DNA of 64,000 bases from an uncultured Gemmatimonadales bacterium (lineage in GTDB: Bacteria; Gemmatimonadota; Gemmatimonadetes; Longimicrobiales; RSA9). The stretch spans positions 32,001-96,000 of the forward strand of contig CAWFKH010000005.1 of assembly GCA_963816355.1 (NCBI GenBank). The letters are read 5' to 3'. Shown in pieces: positions 1 to 7,546 of the stretch; positions within the stretch are counted from its first letter, which is position 1, and every line of letters begins with the position of its first letter. Below the pieces are notes generated by a model that did not search any database, was not told the origin of the DNA, and saw only the letters and a program-made list of their open reading frames with translations. Made by a program: the position numbers and the translations under genes.

Positions 1-99
1 CACCGCGGCGGACCTGGCGCTCCGCGTTTCGGAGGTCGCGGAGCGCGGAGAGGAGGTCGCGGAGCGCGGAGAGGAGGTCGCGGAGCCGGGCTTCTTCAC
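1..99 (-). CDS. Possible 5' end of a gene running off the left edge (partial)
   Basis: GTG at 99 preceded by GGAGAGG; reads VKKPGSATSSPRSATSSPRSATSETRSARSAAV, open to the window edge. Confidence 0.25.
   Translation of the reverse strand, partial: MKKPGSATSSPRSATSSPRSATSETRSARSAAV
31..86. repeat. 21-bp tandem repeat, ~2.7 copies
   Basis: ggaggtcgcggagcgcggaga repeated directly. Confidence 0.85.
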
Positions 100-306
100 C
101 CTCTCCGTGGGCGGCGACTCGGACGCTGCGTCGGCGCACCGGGCGCGCTTCGAGCTGGGACGGCGCGGAGGCGGGTAGGCAGCGCCGGAGCAGGGGGGGC
201 GCCACGGCGCGGCGGACGCTGACGCGGTTGAGTCACGCGGGCGCGGGCGCGGGAGACGCGGAGGGGCGGGCAGGACCCCGCGGAACGCGACACGGCGCGC
301 CCGGCC

Positions 307-1233
307 TCACCCCCTCATCCACGCGTCCACGACCTCGGCGGCGACCCCGCCTTCGTAGACGATCTGGGCGGGGCCGCGGAGGTGGAGGACGCCGGCGTCG
401 TCCCGTTCGACGGCGACGTCGCCACCCGGCATGCGAACGCGCACGACGGGGCCGGCGACGAGCGCGCGCTCGAGGGCGACGGCGGCGACGGCGCACGCGC
501 TCGAGCCGGACGCGAGCGTCTCGCCGGCGCCCCGCTCCCAGATCCACGCTTCGACGACGTCCGGCGCGGCGACGCGCGCGAGTTGCACGTTGGTGCCGCC
601 GCGGAAGGCGGGGTGGCCGCACAGCCGCGGCGCGCGACGCAGGAAGTCGTCGCGGGCCAGCCGCTCGACCCAGACCACGCAATGCGGGTTGCCGAGCGAG
701 ACCGGCCACACGTCGACCGCACCGGCGTCGCCGAGACCCAGCGCGAACGCGCGCGCGGCGCCGGCGTCGCCTGCCGGCACTTCGGAGACGGCGCGGGCGG
801 GGGTGAAGCCGGCGCCCGGAAACGTCGGCGCGCCCATCGCGACGACGATGATGCGCCCCCCATCGCCGGCCTGGCCGACGATCCGCATGGCGACCGGGCC
901 GACGCCGAGCTCGACGTGGAATTCGTCGCGCCCGACGAGCCCGCGCCGGTGCAGCCACGCGCCGAAGATGCGCAGCCCGTTGCCGCTCTTCTCCGCCTCC
1001 TCGCCGTCCGGATTGAAGATGCGCAGCCGGAACGCGTCGCCGGCGACGTCGCCCAGCAACACGCCGTCCGCGCCGACGCCGCGGTGGCGGTCGCACAGCC
1101 CGCGCACGAGCGATGGCGTCAGCGGCACGGACAGCAGCGCTGCGTCCAGCACGACGTAGTCGTTGCCGAGCGCCTGCCCCTTCCAGAAGCGGACCTCGCC
1201 GCCCACCCCCGCGCGGTCCTGCGGTGCGCCCAC
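307..1233 (-). CDS. dapF: Diaminopimelate epimerase-family protein, Ser/Ser active-site variant
   Basis: KGQALGNDY, DRHRGVGADG, IFNPDGEEAEKSGNGLR, SLGNPHCV, TNVQ, WERGAGETLASGSSACA, MPGG: all DapF motifs. Confidence 0.85.
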   Translation of the reverse strand: MGAPQDRAGVGGEVRFWKGQALGNDYVVLDAALLSVPLTPSLVRGLCDRHRGVGADGVLLGDVAGDAFRLRIFNPDGEEAEKSGNGLRIFGAWLHRRGLVGRDEFHVELGVGPVAMRIVGQAGDGGRIIVVAMGAPTFPGAGFTPARAVSEVPAGDAGAARAFALGLGDAGAVDVWPVSLGNPHCVVWVERLARDDFLRRAPRLCGHPAFRGGTNVQLARVAAPDVVEAWIWERGAGETLASGSSACAVAAVALERALVAGPVVRVRMPGGDVAVERDDAGVLHLRGPAQIVYEGGVAAEVVDAWMRG

Positions 1234-1324
1234 TCGAACCCTCCCCCTGCTCCTGCGACAGGGCGCCGGCAGGTGCGCCGGAACCCGGCACGAGTTGTAT
1301 CAGCCGACGGTCCGTCGCGCCATG

Positions 1325-1425
1325 GGGAGGGCGCGGACGGCGGGGGGCGGCGCGGAGGAGGGGGAGGGCGCGGACGGCGGGGGACGGCGCGGAGGAGGGG
1401 GAGGGCGCGGACGGCGGGGGGAGGG
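1325..1425. repeat. G-rich tandem repeat (~36-bp period, ~3 copies)
   Basis: ggggagggcgcggacggcggggg recurs at ~1325, ~1361 and ~1397. Confidence 0.75.
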
Positions 1426-1611
1426 CTTGCCGGCGCTCGCGTGTGCGTCGCGGCGGCGGGCATCGCGCGCAGTGGTTTCGCGCGGGGGACGCGGAGGGCG
1501 GGCCGGCGAGGCCGCGTCGCTTCGATGCCCGAATCCGTTCTCTGGTGGGTTCCGGGCCAGGAACGCGACTCGCGCGATGAATCCGGACGAGATGTCCGGC
1601 CGTCGCGGTGC

Positions 1612-1812
1612 CGACGACGCATCCGTGCCCCGCGAATCGCCCGGGCGACACCGCTCGACGCATCCGTGCCCGGCACGCCTCCCCAAGCCGCGCCACGCGA
1701 ATCCGCTCGCGGCGACACCGCTCGACGCATCCGTACCCGGCACCCTTCCTCGGGCCGCGCTCCCGCGAATCCGCTCGCGGCGACACGGGCAACGCATCCG
1801 TGCCCGGCACCC
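1612..1812. repeat. ~67-bp tandem repeat, 3 copies
   Basis: gcgacaccgctcgacgcatccgtgcccggcac-like core at ~1645, ~1712 and ~1780. Confidence 0.85.
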
Positions 1813-1851
1813 CGATCGTGTAGCGCCGAAGGTCCCGGCCAGCGGCGCAGC

Positions 1852-2028
1852 GAGAAGAATATCGTAATCGACGGCGGTCCGATCCTCGCCATCCGGATTT
1901 TGCTCGGAAACCGGGAAGAATCTCGTAACCGTTGGGCGCGGAGCGGATCGCTCTCGACATTTTGCTCGCTTTCCGAGACAAATCCGGATGGCGATCTGGA
2001 AGAGGACGTCCATTACGAGATATTGCTC
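1852..2028. repeat. Long imperfect inverted repeat (REP/MITE-like)
   Basis: 1886-1910 matches the reverse complement of 1970-1994 at 23/25 positions; outer arms gagaagaatatcgtaat / attacgagatattgctc. Confidence 0.75.
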
Positions 2029-2077
2029 ACCCCGAACGAGGATCCGCGCCAACGTCATGCGCGGCGCCGCCCGCGGC

Positions 2078-2125
2078 GCCGCGAGTCCCGCCGCGCCGCG
2101 AGTTCCGCCGCGCCGCGAGTCCCGC
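2078..2125. repeat. 17-bp tandem repeat, ~3 copies
   Basis: gccgcgagt(c/t)ccgccgc repeated. Confidence 0.75.
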
Positions 2126-2297
2126 AGGTCCAAACTGCCGGCTTGGGGCTTCACGTGGAGGACGGCCCGGCGCCACACCGCTGCACCGCACGGCCCGACT
2201 CTCCTTTCTGGCGGGGCTGCCCGGCCAAGAACGCCATCCCGCGACGAGGCTCCCCACAATATCCGGCCGTCGCCCCTGCCGCGACGCTTCCGCTCGT

Positions 2298-2902
2298 CCG
2301 CGAAGCCACCCCCCCTCCGCACGCCGCGCCCCGCCGCGAAGCCACCCCCCCCCGCGAAGCCGCGCCCCGCCGCGAAGCCACCCCCCCCGCGAAGCCGCGC
2401 CCCCCCCGCCGCGAAGCCCCCCGCCGCGAAGCCACCCCCCCCACCGCGAAGCCACTCCCCCCGCGAAGCCGCGCCCCCCCGCCGCGAAGCCCCCCACCGC
2501 GAAGCCGCGCCCCCCCACCGCGAAGCCACTCCCCCCGCGAAGCCGCGCCCCCCCCACCGCGAAGCCACCCCCCGCCGCGAAGCCGCGCCCCGCCGCGAAG
2601 CCACCCCCCCGCGAAGCCGCGCCCCCCCACCGCGAAGCCACCCCCCGCCGCGAAGCCGCGCCCCCCCGCCGCGAAGCCACCCCCCCGCGAAGCCGCGCCC
2701 CCCCACCGCGAAGCCACCCCCCCCCGCGAAGCCGCGCCCCCCCGCCGCGAAGCCGCGCCCCCCCACCGCGAAGCCGCCCCCCACCGCGAAGCCACCCCCC
2801 CCCACCGCGAAGCCACGCCCCCCCACCGCGAAGCCACCCCCCCCACCGCGAAGCCACCCCCCCCGCGAAGCCGCGCCCCCCCGCCGCGAAGCCGCCCCCC
2901 CC
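2298..2902. repeat. Minisatellite array, ~30 units of ~17-22 bp
   Basis: Invariant core cgcgaagcc followed by a or gcg and a C-run; about 31 cores counted by eye. Confidence 0.95.
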
Positions 2903-3017
2903 ACGCCAAACGCCTCCGCGCCCTCCGCGCCCGCCGCGTGAAACCATTCCGGCCACCGATCCGCGCCGCGCACGATCGGAACCGCCACGCCCTCGACCAC
3001 CCCCAAACCGCCCGGCC

Positions 3018-3044
3018 GAAACCCCCGGCCCGCCCCGGCCGTAA
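3018..3044 (+). promoter_or_regulatory. Candidate ECF-sigma promoter
   Basis: GAAAC-N17-CGTAA upstream of the DUF5916 gene. Confidence 0.45.
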
Positions 3045-3161
3045 GGAAGGATGAACGCGACGAAGCCACGCAACGCAGGCGGCGCCGCCGGCGTCCCATC
3101 CACACGACCGGGCGCGCGGCGGCTCCGTGATTCTACCGACGACACGAAGAAAGCTCGACGA

Positions 3162-5999
3162 ATGACCTCGATCCACCCGCGACGCCCAGCACCCCTCCCT
3201 CCACGCATTCCACACCGCGCCCTCCTCGCGGCAAGACTCCGCGCCCTCCTCGCGGCCCCGCTCCGCGCCCCCCTGGCCCGACTCCGCGCCCTCCTCCCCG
3301 CGCTCGGCCGCGCCCTCCTCCTCGCCTCCGCCGCGGCCTCCCCGCTCGCGGCGCAGACGACGCACGTCGCGGTGGCGGGCGGCGGCGGTGGCCGGCCTCC
3401 GGCGGCGGCGGCGGCGGAGCGCGTCGTGACCGCGTCCCGCGTCGCCGGCGCGATCGCGCTCGACGGGCGGCTGGACGAGGCGGCGTGGGACGCGGCGGCG
3501 GCGACGTCGTCGCACTTCGTTCAGCTCCGGCCGAGGCCGGGCGAGCCGGCGTCGCAGAGGACCGAGGTGCGCGTGCTCTACGACGACGAGGCGATCTACG
3601 TCGGCGCGCGCATGTACGACACGGCGCCCGATTCGATCGTGGCGCGGCTGGGGCGGCGCGACGATCACCCGCAGTCGGACTGGTTCACGCTCGCGCTCGA
3701 CAGCTACGACGACCACCGGACGGCGTTCGTCTTCGCGGTGAACCCGAAGGGTGTGCTGTTCGACGAGTTCATCTACAACGACACGCAGGAGGACGCGAGC
3801 TGGGACGCGGTGTGGGAGGCGAAGGCGGCGGTCGACTCGCTGGGCTGGACGGCGGAGCTGCGGATCCCGTTCTCGCAGCTCCGCTACGACGCGAACGGCG
3901 CGGGTCCGACGCGCTGGGGCATCGAGTTCCAGCGCGATCTCTCCCGGCGCGGCGAGCAGTCGTTCTGGGCGCCGATCGACCCGAGCTCCTCGAAGCTGGT
4001 GTCGGCGTTCGGCACGCTGCGCGGGCTCGGCCGCCTGCGCTCGCCGCGCCACCTCGAGATCCAGCCGTACACGCTCGCGAAGCTGGAGCGGCAGCCGGGC
4101 GACGCCGCCGACCCGTTCCACCGCGCCAACGACTTCTCCGGCGGCGTGGGCGCGGACCTGAAGTACGGCCTGACGTCGAACCTCACCCTGACCGCGACGA
4201 TCAACCCGGACTTCGGCCAGGTCGAGGCGGACCCTTCCGTGGTCAACCTGTCGGCGTACGAGAGCTACTTCCCGGAGAAGCGGCCGTTCTTCGTCGAGGG
4301 GGCCGACATCTTCAATTTCGGCATCGGCCTCGGCGACGGCGACCTGGGCAACGAATCGCTCTTTTACACGCGCCGCATCGGCGCGGCGCCGCACGGCGAC
4401 CTGCCCGACGACGCCGCCTACGGCACGGTGCCGGCCGCGACGCCGATCATCGGCGCGGCGAAGGTCTCGGGCAAGACGCCGAGCGGCTGGTCGATGGGCT
4501 TCATGGACGCGGTCACGGCGCGGCAGACGGCGCCGTACGCGCTCGACGGCGGCGCGCGCGGGAGCGCGGCGGTGGAGCCGCTCACGAACTACGCGGTGGG
4601 CCGCATCATCCGGGACTTCCGCCAGGGGCAGTCCGCCATCGGCGGTATCTTCACGGCGACGAACCGCAACCTCGACGCCGCCCGGCTCGACTTCCTGAAC
4701 CGCTCCGCCTACACCGGCGGCGCCGACTTCCGGCACCGCTGGGGCGGCGGCGACTACCAGGTGAGCGGCTTCCTGATCGGCAGCGTCGTCCGCGGCAGCA
4801 CGGACGCGATCACGCGCGTGCAGGAGGCGCCCGGCCGCTATTTCCAGCGCCCCGACGCCGACTACGTCACGTTCGACTCGACGCGCACCTCGCTGGCGGG
4901 GACCGCGGCGCAGGTGCAGGTCGGCAAGATCGGCGGCGGCAACTGGGTCTGGCTCGCCGCGCTGCACATGATCTCGCCCGGCTTCGAGGTGAACGACGTC
5001 GGCTTCCAGACGCAGCACGACCTGATCGAGAACGTCGGCTACGTCGGCTACCAGCAGTTCCAGCCGCGCGCGCCGTTCCGCCGCTGGCGCGTCAACGTCA
5101 ACGGCTGGCACGGCTACGACTTCGGCGGCGACCTGACCAGCCTCGGCGGCAACGTCAACGCGAACTTCGACCTGGTCAGCTTCTGGAGCGGCTATGGCGG
5201 CGTGGGCTTCAACGGCGCGGTGCTGTCGACCGACGCGCTGCGCGGCGGCCCCGCGCTGCGCACGACGAACCGGATGAACGCCTTCGGCGGCGTCGGCACG
5301 GACAGCCGCCGGGCCCTGCGCCTGGGCATCGACGGCGACGCCGGGCTCGACCTCGAGAACGACGGCCACTCCTTCGGCGTATACCCGTCGCTGAGTTGGC
5401 GCGCGTCCTCGCAACTCGACCTGTCGTTCCGCCCCTCCGTGAGGTGGAACCGGAACGACGCGCAGTACGTGACGCAGGAGGATTTCGCCGGCCGCACGCA
5501 CTACTACTTCGGCCGCATCGACCAGACGACCGTCTCCTTCACGACGCGCCTCGGCTACACCTTCACGCCCGACCTCTCGCTCCAGCTCTACGCGCAGCCG
5601 TTCGTCAGCGCCGGCGCGTACTCGGATTTCAGGGAGGTGGTCGCGCCGCGCGCGCACGCCTTCGGCGACCGCTTCCACACGCTGCGGCCGGACGAGATCC
5701 GCTACGACGCCGACGCCGAGCAGTACCTCGTGGCCGCCGGCGGCACCCCCGATGCCGTCGCCTTCGACCGCCCGGACTTCGACTTCAAGCAGCTCCGCTC
5801 GACTGCCGTGCTGCGCTGGGAGTACCGCCCCGGCTCGACGCTCTTCGTCGTGTGGAGCCAGGGCCGCACCGGCTCGAGCAGCGACGGCACGCTGCGGTTC
5901 GGCCGGGACTTCGGCAGCCTGTTCGGGAACGACCCCGGCGGCGAGATCTCGGGGGAGAACGTCCTGCTGGTCAAGTTGACGTACTGGTTGGGGACCTAA
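3162..5999 (+). CDS. Secreted/outer-membrane DUF5916 protein with N-terminal CBM9/DOMON-like domain
   Basis: Signal peptide; IALDGRLDEAAW, TEVRVLYDDEAIYV, WTAELRIPFSQLRY, TINPDFGQVEADP, YFPEKRPFFVEG, C-terminal VKLTYW; alternative start at 3051. Confidence 0.85.
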   Translation: MTSIHPRRPAPLPPRIPHRALLAARLRALLAAPLRAPLARLRALLPALGRALLLASAAASPLAAQTTHVAVAGGGGGRPPAAAAAERVVTASRVAGAIALDGRLDEAAWDAAAATSSHFVQLRPRPGEPASQRTEVRVLYDDEAIYVGARMYDTAPDSIVARLGRRDDHPQSDWFTLALDSYDDHRTAFVFAVNPKGVLFDEFIYNDTQEDASWDAVWEAKAAVDSLGWTAELRIPFSQLRYDANGAGPTRWGIEFQRDLSRRGEQSFWAPIDPSSSKLVSAFGTLRGLGRLRSPRHLEIQPYTLAKLERQPGDAADPFHRANDFSGGVGADLKYGLTSNLTLTATINPDFGQVEADPSVVNLSAYESYFPEKRPFFVEGADIFNFGIGLGDGDLGNESLFYTRRIGAAPHGDLPDDAAYGTVPAATPIIGAAKVSGKTPSGWSMGFMDAVTARQTAPYALDGGARGSAAVEPLTNYAVGRIIRDFRQGQSAIGGIFTATNRNLDAARLDFLNRSAYTGGADFRHRWGGGDYQVSGFLIGSVVRGSTDAITRVQEAPGRYFQRPDADYVTFDSTRTSLAGTAAQVQVGKIGGGNWVWLAALHMISPGFEVNDVGFQTQHDLIENVGYVGYQQFQPRAPFRRWRVNVNGWHGYDFGGDLTSLGGNVNANFDLVSFWSGYGGVGFNGAVLSTDALRGGPALRTTNRMNAFGGVGTDSRRALRLGIDGDAGLDLENDGHSFGVYPSLSWRASSQLDLSFRPSVRWNRNDAQYVTQEDFAGRTHYYFGRIDQTTVSFTTRLGYTFTPDLSLQLYAQPFVSAGAYSDFREVVAPRAHAFGDRFHTLRPDEIRYDADAEQYLVAAGGTPDAVAFDRPDFDFKQLRSTAVLRWEYRPGSTLFVVWSQGRTGSSSDGTLRFGRDFGSLFGNDPGGEISGENVLLVKLTYWLGT

Positions 6000-6173
6000 G
6001 GGGCGGACCGGGGGGGCGGGGCGGCGTACCCCGGACCGGTCTGCGGTCTGCGGATGCGGTCTGGGGACGGGATGCGGTACGGGGTCTGGGGGGCGCGCTC
6101 TCGCTTCGCGAGAGGCGCGGGGGCGGGGGTCTTGGGTCTGGGGTCTGGGGTCTGGGACCTAAGGGGCGGACCG
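5991..6173. repeat. Exact 20-bp direct repeats flanking a heptamer-repeat insert
   Basis: gggacctaaggggcggaccg at 5991-6010 and 6154-6173; gggtctg-type heptamers between. Confidence 0.85.
6094..6119. terminator. GC-rich hairpin between convergent genes
   Basis: ctctcgc-ttc-gcgagag with flanking cgcg arms; no U-tract. Confidence 0.4.
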
Positions 6174-6174
6174 C

Positions 6175-7521
6175 CTACGGGGATTCGCCGCGGATGAAGT
6201 CGGCGTAGAAGCGGGCGCTCGCCTTGGGCGTGCGGCGCTGCGTGGCGTAATCCACGTGGACGATGCCGAAGCGCTTCGAGTAGCCGAGGCTCCACTCGTA
6301 GTTGTCGAGCAGCGACCACGCGAAGTAGCCGCGCACGTCGACCCCGGCCGCGATCGCGGCGCGCACGGCGCCGAGGTGCTCGCGCAGGTAGGCGACGCGG
6401 AGCGGGTCGTCGACGCCGCCGGCGGGCGGCGTCGGCGGGTCGTAGAACGCGGCGCCGTTCTCGGTGACGTAGATCGGCACCGGTCCGTAGCGCTCGTGGG
6501 CCCAGCGCAGCACATCGGTGAACGCGGGTGCGTACACCTCCCAGCCGGTCTCCGTGTAGGTGTGGCCCGGCTGGGGGACGGTGGCGGCGCGCACCGGCGG
6601 CGAGGCCGGGTCGGCGCGCGTCACCGCGCGGGTGTAGTAGTTGATGCCCAGGAAGTCGATGGGCTGCCGGATCAGGTCCATGTCCGCCGCCGCGAAATCC
6701 GGCCACGCCTCGCCGAAGACGTCGCGCATCTCCGGCGGATACGCGCCGCGGAAGACCGGGTCGAGGTACTGCCGGTTCATGTACGCGTCGGCGCGCGCCG
6801 TCGCGGCCACATCCTCTTCGCTCTCGGACGCGGCGACCTTCGGCTCGAGGTTGACGACGAGGCCGATCCCGCCGCTCGCCGGGGCCGCCTCGGCGCGGTA
6901 CGCCTGCACGCCCGCGCCGTGCGCGCGCAGCAGGTTGTGGCTGGCGAGCGGCGCCTCGAAGAGGTTGCGGTGGCCGGGCGCGAGCGCGCCGTGCAGGTAG
7001 CCGCCGTCGCTCACCACCCACGGCTCGTTCAGCGTCGCCCACCCCTCCATGCGGTCGCCCAGCCGCCGCACGACGACGCGCAGGTACTCCGCGAACCAGT
7101 CGGCGATGTCGCGGTTCAGCCAGCCGCCGCGGTCGTCGAGCGCGGCCGGCAGGTCCCAGTGGTAGAGCGTGGCGAACGGCCGGATGCCGTGCTCGAGCAG
7201 CGCGTCGACCAGCCGCTCGTAGAAGTCGAGCCCCGCCTCGTTCACGCGCCCGACCCCCTCCGGCAGCACGCGGCCCCACGCGACGCTGAAGCGGTAGGCG
7301 CCCAGCCCCAGCTCCGCCATCAGCCGCACGTCGTCCGCGTAGCGACGGTAGTGGTCGCACGCGACGTCGCCCGTCTCGTCCCGGTGCGTCCGCCCCGGCG
7401 TGTGCGAGAAGCGGTGCCAGATGCTCGGCCCCGCGCCGTCGGCGAGCGGCGAGCCCTCGATCTGGTACGCCGACGTCGCCGCGCCCCACAGGAAGCCGTC
7501 CGGATATTCTCGAGAAGCCAT
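6175..7521 (-). CDS. GH1 beta-glucosidase
   Basis: FLWGAATSAYQIEG, YRFSVAW, TLYHWDLP, TLNEPW (acid/base), YVTENG (nucleophile), WSLLDNYEW. Confidence 0.95.
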   Translation of the reverse strand: MASREYPDGFLWGAATSAYQIEGSPLADGAGPSIWHRFSHTPGRTHRDETGDVACDHYRRYADDVRLMAELGLGAYRFSVAWGRVLPEGVGRVNEAGLDFYERLVDALLEHGIRPFATLYHWDLPAALDDRGGWLNRDIADWFAEYLRVVVRRLGDRMEGWATLNEPWVVSDGGYLHGALAPGHRNLFEAPLASHNLLRAHGAGVQAYRAEAAPASGGIGLVVNLEPKVAASESEEDVAATARADAYMNRQYLDPVFRGAYPPEMRDVFGEAWPDFAAADMDLIRQPIDFLGINYYTRAVTRADPASPPVRAATVPQPGHTYTETGWEVYAPAFTDVLRWAHERYGPVPIYVTENGAAFYDPPTPPAGGVDDPLRVAYLREHLGAVRAAIAAGVDVRGYFAWSLLDNYEWSLGYSKRFGIVHVDYATQRRTPKASARFYADFIRGESP

Positions 7522-7546
7522 TTCGCTCGCGTCGCAGATGTGAGCC

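Noticed and set aside
1612..1812. CRISPR-like repeat-spacer pattern (~48-bp conserved part plus ~20-bp variable part)
   Set aside because: Only 3 units, the variable parts resemble each other, and no cas genes are present; it is a tandem repeat
2298..2902. CRISPR array or Pro-rich repeat protein (ORFs 382..3054, 1932..3044, 1988..2941)
   Set aside because: No unique spacers. Unit lengths are not multiples of 3, and frames stay open only because the + strand has almost no T
2151..5678. Long antisense and alternative-frame ORFs (also 7553..10987, 34818..37589, 27368..29440 and most of 33442..38097)
   Set aside because: Arg/Ala/Gly-rich shadow ORFs caused by high GC, overlapping well-supported genes
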